Assembly: GCA_964401455.1 (NCBI GenBank)
Contig: CAYNYI010000026.1
Location: forward strand, 1 to 29,517
Direction: 5' to 3'
Length of the DNA stretch: 29,517 nucleotides
Source of the DNA: an uncultured Fibrobacterota bacterium
Lineage (GTDB): Bacteria > Fibrobacterota > OXYB2-FULL-49-7 > CAYNYI01
Position numbers and translations under genes: made by a program. Shown one piece after another: positions 8,822 through 16,232 of this stretch (the first letter of the stretch is position 1; each line of letters begins with the position of its first letter). The notes beneath the pieces are model-generated. The model had not been told where the DNA came from. It saw only the letters and a program-made list of their open reading frames with translations, and did not search any database.

Positions 8822-9674
8822 TTATTTTTCCAGGCCGGATTTTTTAAGGTAATGACTGAGTACCGCATTGCCCTTTTTTGCGGGAATGAGTTTCTCGCCG
8901 TCGGAATAACCTTCCTCCCGTCCGGAAAGTTCCTTAATCAGTCTGTCTCTCCAGATCTTTAACCTTTTTTCCCCGTTCGGGACAGAAGCCAGGTCTGTTT
9001 TCTCCTGCGGATCATTTTCAAGGTTAAAAAGCTGTTCATGTCCGTTTTCCGTAAACCAGATATATTTTTCTTTTCCATCGGTTAGAAACTGAATGGAATG
9101 ATGCCGGACTATATGTTCGCCGTGGATGTATTCGCGCCAATCGGTTTTCTCGCCTTTCGCGAGTCCGGCCGCGGAGATACCGTCAATTGAATCCGGTATT
9201 TCCTGACCCGCGAGTTCAAGCATGGTCGGCATAATATCACGAAGCTCAACCGGATTGTCGCAGAGCGCACCGCGCTTTATCCCGCTGTCTTTCGGGCCCT
9301 TGATTATGAGAGGAACGTTCGCGGAGCCTTCATAGGGAAGGTTTTTTCTGAAAAGATTATGGTCGCCCAGCATTTCTTGTTTTCGGAGCCAGGGCAGGTA
9401 GTCGTCGATTGCGTCGAGATTATCACGGTTTTTGGTGCGGGCAAAATGGAGGTATCCGACCCTTCCATGGTTTCCTTGTTTCAAACCGGTAAAAAGTCCG
9501 GTCCTTGCCGGAACGCGAGAAGGTGTAGCCGAATATGCGTTAGTGAATACCGTCCCTTCGGCGCAAATGCCGGTCAAGATAAGGCGTGTGGACAACAGGG
9601 TGGCCGAGGTGGCTGAGGCAGTCGCCGCGCCACTGATCGGCGAAAATAAAGACAACATTGGGTTTATTACTCAT
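8822..9674 (-). pseudogene. Sulfatase-family (alkaline-phosphatase superfamily) remnant that is frameshifted and degenerate.
   Basis: A genuine sulfatase N-terminus (MSNKPNVVFIFADQWRGDCLSHLGHPVVHTPYLDR) is encoded from the ATG at 9674..9672, and that frame hits a stop at 9542..9540. The remainder (ICAEGTVFTNAYSATPSRVPARTGLFTG, then PYEGSANVPLII, DIMPTMLELAG and LENDPQEKTDL) continues in the frame of the listed ORF 8822..9658. The formylglycine position of C/S-x-P-x-R reads Ala (A-T-P-S-R). About 150 aa of core, including the GKWHLG and DNG regions, is missing. The total is about 320 aa against a typical sulfatase of over 450. Confidence 0.65.
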
Positions 9675-9737
9675 ATGTTTAAATATATTTAATTATTCAG
9701 GACCTATCAAATTAAAACCGCAGAAAAGCAAATACTA

Positions 9738-9766
9738 TTGACAAACTATTAGTATTGGAATACATT
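9738..9766 (+). promoter_or_regulatory. Candidate sigma70-type promoter for the VIT/T9SS gene: -35 TTGACA at 9738-9743, 17-bp spacer, -10 TACATT at 9761-9766.
   Basis: Perfect -35 hexamer extended as TTGACAAA, the same form seen in two other promoters in this window. It has exactly 17-bp spacing to a 4/6 -10, about 80 bp upstream of the ATG at 9849, which has its own AGGTGG SD. Confidence 0.3.
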
Positions 9767-9848
9767 TCTTATTATTGCTTGTAACGGCATACAGGTCTTA
9801 TTATATTAAAGCTAAGTTTTTATTTTGTTTTTTTTCAGGTGGCTATTT

Positions 9849-10385
9849 ATGAATATGAAAAAAGCGTTATTTGTGTCGGGGTTTCTTTTTGTTTTGAACT
9901 TTACTTCTTATGGATTAAATGCGAGAACTGTAAACGGAAACTCCTGGACCGGTGATGTCGCCGTAAAAAACGAGATTATGAGAGTAAAAGTCCACCCTTC
10001 ATATCTTGACATTGAGGCTGAAATTTCCTTAAAAGCCCATACTCCGAACGCACAAGTTCCGGACCCGTCGCTTCCTCTTGAAATACATGGAAATTTCATT
10101 CTGCCTGAGAACAGCGTTATTTCCGGAGCGCTTTTATGGAACGGAAACACGATCCTTCAGGCAAAACTTAAATCAAAGGAGACGGCGACAATGGAATATG
10201 AGGACGTTGTTGACCGTCAGCCCGCTCCCCCGCCGAGGCCGAGAGACCCCATGATAATTGAAAAATTATCCGGGGATACATATAATCTAATGATTTATCC
10301 CTTTTCCCGCGGCCAGTACCGCAAAATAAGAATTCGGTACATTGTCCCCAGAATTTTTCCAACGGTACAGTCGAAAACCAGATAA
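9849..10385 (+). CDS. N-terminal fragment of a secreted protein: Sec signal peptide plus a VIT (vault inter-alpha-trypsin) domain. It is probably the 5' part of one gene interrupted by a frameshift.
   Basis: The start is preferred at the ATG 9849 (MNMKKALFVSGFLFVLNFTSYGLNA) because an AGGTGG SD lies 6 nt upstream; the track's 9825 start lacks one. VIT-like motifs include HGNFILPENSVISGALLWNGNTI, EYEDVVDR, DPMIIEKLSGDTYNLMIYPFSRGQYRKIRIRY. The ORF ends at a TAA just after an A-run. Confidence 0.6.
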   Translation: MNMKKALFVSGFLFVLNFTSYGLNARTVNGNSWTGDVAVKNEIMRVKVHPSYLDIEAEISLKAHTPNAQVPDPSLPLEIHGNFILPENSVISGALLWNGNTILQAKLKSKETATMEYEDVVDRQPAPPPRPRDPMIIEKLSGDTYNLMIYPFSRGQYRKIRIRYIVPRIFPTVQSKTR

Positions 10386-10423
10386 GCAGCCTGGCCCATA
10401 TTTTTAATATTGAAGAAAGTCTG

Positions 10424-11887
10424 ATGCCCGAAAATTTCCTCCTGGAGCTCGGATCGGGAGACGGAGGAGAAGAAATAGACAGAGTCAGGCTCCGGGCGGG
10501 CGGAAGCTTTTTTACTTATTATCTGCCGTCCAATATTTTCGCCGACTATTCGGTGTCAAAATATTATCTGAGTGTGCCCGGTCTCGGGCAAAAGGCGATT
10601 ACCCAGGCCTCAGAAATAAAGACATCTGTTTATGATCTTACCGCCGCGGGTGCCGATGTGGGCATGCTGCTTGATAAGGGTGACACTAATTATACCGAGT
10701 TTGCCCCGACAAAACCGGGCGAGAGGAAGTTTGACGATATGGTCCGGTTTTTATCAAATATAGATGAAGGGTATCTGCTGAGCAATATAGCCGGCAATGA
10801 ATTTGAAAATCCGCCGGGATCGTCCAACCATAAAAAATACCGTGAAGAGCGGGCGGCAGAATTTAAAATCAGTATTGAGAGGACATTTTCTCTTCTTTCC
10901 GAGGATGAGAAAATACTTAAACATATTGTAATTCTTACTGTCGGGCCTAAATTTACATCTGAGACGATTGAAAATGATTTCAGCCATTTTGAAGACCCTG
11001 AAATAAACGGAGTCAGTATATCGTCATATTTTAATACCCGGGAGGGTTCCGGTTACTGGCCCGGTGTACCTCTTTTTGAAATTCAGAAAACTTATCCTGT
11101 TCTTGATTCTTCCTACAAATCAGGAAGATTTTTGGTGCCTGCTTTCCGCAAGGCAAATTTTAATGTAAAAGTTTCCAATGCTTCAAAATCTTACAATTAT
11201 AACCTGGTCATGGAATCGAGCGGCGGCCGTCCAATTCCTCCTAAATTCAGCTTTCTCGGCCACAGCATCTCAAGGTGGGATACGGATATTGAATGGAAGG
11301 CTTTGGACGTTTACGGTGAAGAAATAGCCTCCTATACCCAGAGTCCGGATGTTTACAGGACTTCCAACGACACCGGACTGGTTAAAATGTGGGCTGGTTC
11401 GGACCTGGCCTTCAGTGAAATATTCAATTATGGCGGATTGGGCCCTGTCTATGGAATCGTTACGGAGGATTATTCTCTATTAGCTCTTGAAGAAGATTCT
11501 GTAAGCGCGGAATTGCAGGAAGCTCTGAGCGATTCCGGTGTGCCGATGCTTACTGATGATGAGATTTTTGTCCTTGAAACGGATACCGCGACGAGCAGCA
11601 TAGAGAAAGAATCCCCCGGTATATCTGCCGCGCCGTATTTGGCCGTAAGCCCGAACCCCTTTAATCCGGTAACCCGCATAGCTTTCAATACTAAAAAAGA
11701 CGGTTTTGTCCTTCTGGAGATATATGACCTTTCAGGAAGGCTTGTGGCAACAGTGATGGACCGTTATCTTAAAAAAGGCGAGCATAGCGTCATGTTCAGC
11801 GGCGCTTCGCTTCCCAGCGGAATTTTCGTCTGCAGACTGAAAACCGGGTCGGGAATAAGAACGGCAAGGATGATGCTGATGAAGTAA
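10424..11887 (+). CDS. C-terminal part of a T9SS substrate protein ending in a type-A Por/T9SS C-terminal sorting domain. It has no signal peptide of its own.
   Basis: The C-terminal 80 aa (SPNPFNPVTRIAFN...LLEIYDLSGRLVATV...GIFVCRLKTGSGIRTARMMLMK) form a canonical T9SS CTD. This reading frame is open from 10286, upstream of the first ATG, and there reads continuously as protein (…NQISSLAHIFNIEESLMPENFLLELG…). A strong terminator follows. Confidence 0.6.
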   Translation: MPENFLLELGSGDGGEEIDRVRLRAGGSFFTYYLPSNIFADYSVSKYYLSVPGLGQKAITQASEIKTSVYDLTAAGADVGMLLDKGDTNYTEFAPTKPGERKFDDMVRFLSNIDEGYLLSNIAGNEFENPPGSSNHKKYREERAAEFKISIERTFSLLSEDEKILKHIVILTVGPKFTSETIENDFSHFEDPEINGVSISSYFNTREGSGYWPGVPLFEIQKTYPVLDSSYKSGRFLVPAFRKANFNVKVSNASKSYNYNLVMESSGGRPIPPKFSFLGHSISRWDTDIEWKALDVYGEEIASYTQSPDVYRTSNDTGLVKMWAGSDLAFSEIFNYGGLGPVYGIVTEDYSLLALEEDSVSAELQEALSDSGVPMLTDDEIFVLETDTATSSIEKESPGISAAPYLAVSPNPFNPVTRIAFNTKKDGFVLLEIYDLSGRLVATVMDRYLKKGEHSVMFSGASLPSGIFVCRLKTGSGIRTARMMLMK

Positions 11888-11915
11888 GAGAAAAGCCCTT
11901 TTACAGCCCCGCAGG

Positions 11916-11955
11916 ACCTTTCCCTGTTTCTAAAAACAGGGAAAGGTTTTTTTTA
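11916..11955. terminator. Rho-independent terminator between convergent genes: 14-bp perfect stem ACCTTTCCCTGTTT/AAACAGGGAAAGGT, 4-nt loop, followed by T9.
   Basis: Inverted repeat at 11916-11929 and 11934-11947 with a T-run at 11947-11955, read directly. It lies between the + strand gene ending at 11887 and the - strand gene ending at 11959. Confidence 0.8.
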
Positions 11956-11958
11956 ATG

Positions 11959-13365
11959 CTAATTGTTTTCGTTCCGTTTTGCCATGGCCGAGCCCTTCAG
12001 CCCTGCCGGACCTTTCTGAAGCGGCAGTTTGATTCTTTTTCCTGTTTTGACCGGTTTTTTTGATGCCCATTTCGGAATATACCGTTTTTCTGCCGCCAAA
12101 AGCTTTTCCGCCATTTCCCGGATCTCTCCCGGTGAGCATACTGCCGCGCTTAACGGATCAACCATCATGGCATGTATGACTGCTTCGCGGTCCCGGTCGA
12201 GTATACCCTGCGCGCAGAGTTCATATACAGCCATATTTGCCCTGCAGATTGAGGCCGTATGTTCAGGAAGTTCTCCAAAATAGGTCGGAGAATATCCGTT
12301 GCGGTCAATAAGAGTCTTTACTTCGACAACACCTTTCTGCGGCAGGTTTGTTATCAGCCCTTTATTCAGAACAGAGGCATAGACCGTTTTAGGTATATTC
12401 AGCGCATGAGCTTCAATTATATCAGCCGCGTATTCATAGGAACGCTTTGTGGGGATTTCTTTTTTTCCGGCCGCCATAGCCCGGCGCTCTTTGTCGGTTT
12501 TTTTTCTCCAGGAGGGCCAGTTTTTTGAATAAAAGCCTGATGCGCCGTGGTACTCCTTTCCGCAGTGTTTGTTTATAAGGTCTTTCCGTTTTCTGAAATA
12601 GGGAACATACTCGGAAAAATGGCCGGAAGACTCTGTTACATAATATCCGAATTGTTTTACCATTTCGAGGCGGACAGGGTCGCGCTTAAATTTTTCAGGG
12701 TCTTTCATCGCTTCGAGAATAGCAGGGTAGAGGTCGCGGTTTTTCCATTGGAGTTTTGTGTACCATGCTATGTGATTGACTCCCCCGCACTCATAATCGA
12801 GTTCGTCAAACGGGATTCCAACCAGTTCGGTTATCAACTCAGCGGTTCCCTGAACACTGTGGCATAATCCAATATAGGGCATGCCGGTTGAGCGGAGCGT
12901 TGCAAGACTCATGATAGACATCGGGTTGGTGTAATTCATAAGAAGAGCGTCCGGACAAAGTTTTTCGGCGTCCTTAATAATATCCAGCCAGGCGGGCAGC
13001 GTCCGGAGGGCTTTCATGACGCCTCCCGGGCCTACCGTGTCGCCTATGCACTGATTTATACCGTACTTCAGGGGGATTTCATAATCTTTTTTTACACATG
13101 CCGTTCCGGAGACTTCAATAGTGTTTATCAAATAGTTTGTTTTGGGCAGAATCTTTTTTCTGTCTGTAGAAGCTTCAATTTTCCATTTTGTTTTGCCCAT
13201 CTTTTTGAGTAGTCGGTGCATGAGTTTTACATTTACCGAGAGGCGCTTTTCGTCAATGTCAACCAGGCCGATGATGCCGCGGTCCAGCCCCTTTATATTT
13301 AATATATCGGTGAAAAGGGGTTGAGTAAAACCGCTGCCGGCACCGAGAAGAGTGATCTTTTTCAT
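11959..13365 (-). CDS. GH4-family NAD+/Mn2+-dependent glycosidase of the alpha-glucosidase/alpha-galactosidase type.
   Basis: 468-aa ORF. KITLLGAGSGFT is the Rossmann NAD-binding motif. GLCHSVQG and GGVNHIAWY are GH4 signature segments. A GGAGA SD sits just upstream of the ATG. Confidence 0.9.
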   Translation of the reverse strand: MKKITLLGAGSGFTQPLFTDILNIKGLDRGIIGLVDIDEKRLSVNVKLMHRLLKKMGKTKWKIEASTDRKKILPKTNYLINTIEVSGTACVKKDYEIPLKYGINQCIGDTVGPGGVMKALRTLPAWLDIIKDAEKLCPDALLMNYTNPMSIMSLATLRSTGMPYIGLCHSVQGTAELITELVGIPFDELDYECGGVNHIAWYTKLQWKNRDLYPAILEAMKDPEKFKRDPVRLEMVKQFGYYVTESSGHFSEYVPYFRKRKDLINKHCGKEYHGASGFYSKNWPSWRKKTDKERRAMAAGKKEIPTKRSYEYAADIIEAHALNIPKTVYASVLNKGLITNLPQKGVVEVKTLIDRNGYSPTYFGELPEHTASICRANMAVYELCAQGILDRDREAVIHAMMVDPLSAAVCSPGEIREMAEKLLAAEKRYIPKWASKKPVKTGKRIKLPLQKGPAGLKGSAMAKRNENN

Positions 13366-13471
13366 GGGGTCTCCTTTTTTATAGGATAAATGAAATGTCT
13401 GATTATAATTTAATGTCTTTAATTAAGAATTACAATATGTAATATGTGAGTATTTATAGTATATTTGTGAT
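13366..13471. promoter_or_regulatory. AT-rich divergent promoter/operator region between the GH4 gene and the araC-family regulator gene.
   Basis: 106-bp AT-rich spacer between divergent starts. It holds TATAGT at 13455-13460 and several TAAT-rich repeats. The AraC start has no SD, so the mRNA may be leaderless or short-leadered. No precise site is assignable. Confidence 0.3.
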
Positions 13472-14320
13472 ATGGATTTTGCGAAGAACTATTCTTTGTC
13501 CCGGTTTCCGGAAAGCGACCCGGTTTTTACGCGTCCGTCCTTTGCCGGTGTAGAAAGAGTAAGCACAGAAAAGTATTTCTGGGATAATAAAAGCCATGGC
13601 CCGGGTCAAGACCGCTATATTATTCAGTTCACTACCGGAGGCCGCGGATTTTTTGAAAGTGCCGGAAAAGTATGGAGCGTGCCCTGCCACACCGCGTTTC
13701 TGATCGACTTCAAAACAGATTTTAAATATTACTATAAAGATGAAGGTAAGCCCTGGAGTTTCAGCTGGATTAATTTTAATGGTCCTTCCGGGAAAATACT
13801 TTTTGAGAAACTTATTACACTGTTCGGACCTGTGGTGGGCATTCCCGCTTCATCATATTCATGGATGATGCTTAATGATATAGTGGAAAAGATGTCAAAA
13901 GGCGGATTCAAGGATATTTACCGGTGTTCCAATTTTTGTAACAATTTATTTCTACAGCTTTATAAAGACCTTCGCAGCGGAATAGGCGGTTTCAGTTTCT
14001 ACGATGCGGCCGGCTATATGTCGGACAATCTTGACCGGAACATAGACATTTCTCAGATAAGCCGGAAATTTAACCTTTCGCGGGAGCATTTCAGCCGGCT
14101 TTTTACGAAGGCGGCGGGTGTGAGTCCGGGAAGGTATTTGAAGAATCTCAGGCTCGAACGGGCAAAGGAGCTTCTGCGGCGGGGCGATATGAATCTTTCT
14201 ATGATTGCAAAGCAAACAGGGCTTGGCGACGCCAATTATTTTTGCCGTGTTTTCAGGGCCCATACGGGTCTTACCCCACGGGCGTTCAGCAAAACCTTCG
14301 AGGGGACCCGGAAACTGTAG
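13472..14320 (+). CDS. AraC/XylS-family transcriptional regulator: N-terminal cupin-like sensor plus C-terminal double HTH.
   Basis: 282-aa ORF. The C-terminus (ISQISRKFNLSREHFSRLFTKAAGVSPGRYLKNLRLERAKELL...ANYFCRVFRAHTGLTPRAFS) is the canonical AraC HTH signature. It is divergent from the GH4 gene. Confidence 0.9.
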   Translation: MDFAKNYSLSRFPESDPVFTRPSFAGVERVSTEKYFWDNKSHGPGQDRYIIQFTTGGRGFFESAGKVWSVPCHTAFLIDFKTDFKYYYKDEGKPWSFSWINFNGPSGKILFEKLITLFGPVVGIPASSYSWMMLNDIVEKMSKGGFKDIYRCSNFCNNLFLQLYKDLRSGIGGFSFYDAAGYMSDNLDRNIDISQISRKFNLSREHFSRLFTKAAGVSPGRYLKNLRLERAKELLRRGDMNLSMIAKQTGLGDANYFCRVFRAHTGLTPRAFSKTFEGTRKL

Positions 14321-14323
14321 ATT

Positions 14324-15259
14324 TTATCGTAAAGAATCCCTATACATTTCAATGTTTTTAAAAAGCAGGGAGATATACTCCTTTTCAAGAGAAATGAGAT
14401 CTTCATCTCTGAGAGCGAGCCAGTAGCTAAGCCAGAGAAAGCGTCCGGCGAGTATTATTTCCGGAATTTTTGCTTTCATATCCTGCGGAAAAGCCAGATT
14501 GGCAGAAAAACTCTTTACGAACGGAGAAAAAAGAAATTCAGGGTTTTCAAATCCGCAGCATCCGATAAAATGCGCAGCATCGAAAAGCGGATGCTTATAT
14601 CCGCAGAACTCCCAGTCTATGACTGAGGAAATTTCATCGCCTTTCCATACTATATTCAGGGGATGAAAATCTCCGTGACAAAAAACCGCGGGAGAGGCTT
14701 TTTCGGCATCAGGAATTATTTTCAGAACAAAATCAAGTTCTGTTTTTGTTTCGCTTAGAAGCTCAGGAGAATTTGTCTGAAGCTTTTCCCGGAAACCTTT
14801 CAGAAAGGCGCTGAAAATAAATACTCTTTTGGCGGCTGCTTCCGGGGCATTTTTTAATGCGTACAGTTCGTTAAGAAACGCGGAGGAATTCCGGGCTTTT
14901 TCCAAATCATGAATGAAAGCCGGTCTTTCCGGCGGACTGCCTTCCGCGAAAGGCCTTATCTGAAAAAAGCCTTCTGAAGTTTTAAATACATGGTCTTTTT
15001 CGCCGAATTCACAGTAGGGGTGAATCCTGTCAAGCCCCATGTTCTTTAGAGACGACATTATCCGCGCGGTGTCTTCTTTATATTCAGCTTCTTCGGGTCG
15101 TATTTTTTCAAGAAGAAAGTTGCCGCCCGACTCTGAAAGGCACATGTATCTTTCTATTATACGTTCGGGGCTGCCCTGGACTTCATCCGTTTTCCGGTAA
15201 GATTTTATTTTGATTCCGGCGGCATCAAAAAGGTTTGAGAATTCTGTTTCGGAAATTAT
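14324..15259 (-). CDS. APH-family (protein-kinase-like) small-molecule phosphotransferase, a candidate sugar-1 kinase or choline kinase. The N-terminus extends upstream of the listed ATG and has a non-canonical start.
   Basis: Brenner motif FCHGDFHPLN and metal-binding VIDWEFCGY lie in the C-lobe. The Gly-loop/Lys region (QGSPERIIERY..GGNFLLEK) aligns with APH(3') GMSPAKVYKL..ENLYLK and lies partly upstream of the listed ATG at 15145. The frame is open back to a TAA at 15280..15278, with no in-frame ATG/GTG/TTG. A GGAGGAGG SD (minus strand, 15269..15262) sits 5-8 nt before ATA (15259..15257) and ATT (15256..15254). The coordinates given assume the ATA start. Confidence 0.7.
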   Translation of the reverse strand: MISETEFSNLFDAAGIKIKSYRKTDEVQGSPERIIERYMCLSESGGNFLLEKIRPEEAEYKEDTARIMSSLKNMGLDRIHPYCEFGEKDHVFKTSEGFFQIRPFAEGSPPERPAFIHDLEKARNSSAFLNELYALKNAPEAAAKRVFIFSAFLKGFREKLQTNSPELLSETKTELDFVLKIIPDAEKASPAVFCHGDFHPLNIVWKGDEISSVIDWEFCGYKHPLFDAAHFIGCCGFENPEFLFSPFVKSFSANLAFPQDMKAKIPEIILAGRFLWLSYWLALRDEDLISLEKEYISLLFKNIEMYRDSLR

Positions 15260-15984
15260 ATCCTCCTCCGCATGTATTTATGGATTACTATACCGGCGCC
15301 TATCCCTGAATAATTTGGCATGATGTTCTCTCTTTTTCCTCCGATATCTCTGTTGTCCGGAATATAGGCTTTTTGAAAGGCGAAAGCCTTAAAGGACATA
15401 AAAGGAAGCGGGCGAAAATGGAGTTCACCCCTTGCCTCAAGGCCGGGGCGCGGGCTGTGATAGTACTTATCCCGGAATTTGAACATATGATAGCCGGCAA
15501 TGAGTCCGAAGCCGGAACTAAAAAACGCTTTTGACGATCGGGTCATTTTTTTCGGGGCATTAAAAAGTTTAAGGCCGATTATGTTCCAATCGATATAAAA
15601 TTCTGAAGCGCCGTGTTCCTCGTTGGATGAGAAAACAAATGTGTTGGGTACAAGCATATGTCCGATATAAATCTCGTCGCCGGCAAAGCCCCGGTACTTT
15701 TTGGGGATGCGGTGTTTTACATCGGATTTCCTGAGAAGGGCTTTACCGTCGATATCAATTACGGTGCTTTTCGAAAATGTTTTAAAAAGCAGGTTTTCTC
15801 CGAATAAACTGTTGATTGCCATACCGCCGGCAAGGTGAATATCGAGCCGGACCGGTATTTCTCCTGAGGGATTTTTCTTTACACTTCGAATATCCTTTCG
15901 GCTGCCCCTGTGTCGTCTTTCCGAAGACAAAACCGGAAACCCGGCAGATAAGCATAAGCATATAGTCATAACCGTTTTTATCAT
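15256..15984 (-). CDS. Probable body of a sugar-1-phosphate nucleotidylyltransferase (NTP_transferase), separated from its N-terminus by a frameshift in an A7 run. The alternative reading is an unrelated hypothetical protein.
   Basis: The 242-aa ORF's frame is open upstream only to 16006. Restoring one A in the A7 run (T7 on + strand at 15999-16005) joins ...DSYNNCGIKK to TESISMIKTVMTI..., which resembles RmlA AGIREILIIS. HRGSRKDIRSVKKNPSGEIPV resembles MurU [21 protein letters not shown], and HLAGGMAINSLF resembles ETGGGIFKAL. Its stop (15258..15256) overlaps the kinase start region. Confidence 0.45.
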   Translation of the reverse strand: MIKTVMTICLCLSAGFPVLSSERRHRGSRKDIRSVKKNPSGEIPVRLDIHLAGGMAINSLFGENLLFKTFSKSTVIDIDGKALLRKSDVKHRIPKKYRGFAGDEIYIGHMLVPNTFVFSSNEEHGASEFYIDWNIIGLKLFNAPKKMTRSSKAFFSSGFGLIAGYHMFKFRDKYYHSPRPGLEARGELHFRPLPFMSFKAFAFQKAYIPDNRDIGGKRENIMPNYSGIGAGIVIHKYMRRRI

Positions 15985-16154
15985 AGAGATGCTTTCTGTT
16001 TTTTTATACCGCAGTTATTATAAGAATCCATTGCGCGGACTATGGATGGTTTTCCGTCTATTTCGAAACAAACCTTATGCAGGTCGGCGGAACCCATTCG
16101 GGTTCCTTTGCCTCCGGCAAGGATAATGCTGTATTCGAGGCTTTTGGGTTTCAT
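15981..16154 (-). CDS. N-terminal fragment of a sugar-1-phosphate nucleotidylyltransferase (G-loop) that ends prematurely after about 57 aa.
   Basis: MKPKSLEYSIILAGGKGTRMGSADLHKVCFEIDGKPSIVRAM matches the NTP_transferase N-terminus (MurU MKAMILAAGKGERMRPLT..PKPLVPVAGQPLIE). The ATG at 16154 is preferred over the track's 16220 because nucleotidylyltransferases begin 5-10 aa before the G-loop. The stop falls immediately after an A7 homopolymer. Confidence 0.55.
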   Translation of the reverse strand: MKPKSLEYSIILAGGKGTRMGSADLHKVCFEIDGKPSIVRAMDSYNNCGIKKQKASL

Positions 16155-16232
16155 TGATATAAGATAATTTATATCCGTTGCCTGCAACAAAAAGTTCAAG
16201 GCTCCTTTTGGTGCAGGCACAATAAACAGCTC

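Noticed and set aside
8768-8962. 64-aa + strand ORF beginning at the GH20 stop and running into the sulfatase remnant.
   Set aside because: It overlaps the sulfatase-like coding frame on the opposite strand, has a hydrophobic low-complexity translation and no RBS.
9825-9848. Upstream start (MFFFRWLF…) for the VIT/signal-peptide ORF.
   Set aside because: The ATG at 9849 has an AGGTGG SD at ideal spacing and yields a canonical signal peptide (MNMKKALF…). The 9825 start would add 8 odd residues ahead of it.
12029-12867. Several + strand ORFs of 84-106 aa within the GH4 gene region.
   Set aside because: They are antisense to a GH4 CDS with intact Rossmann and catalytic motifs, so they are frame artifacts.
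15256-15984. Reading the 242-aa ORF as a secreted protein or OMP because of its hydrophobic N-terminus (MIKTVMTICLCLSAGFPVLSS).
   Set aside because: Its frame abuts an NTP-transferase N-terminal fragment across an A7 run, the join recreates a typical nucleotidylyltransferase beta-strand (GIKKTESISMIKTVMTI), and downstream segments resemble MurU/RmlA motifs. There is no C-terminal aromatic OMP signal. This is not fully excluded.
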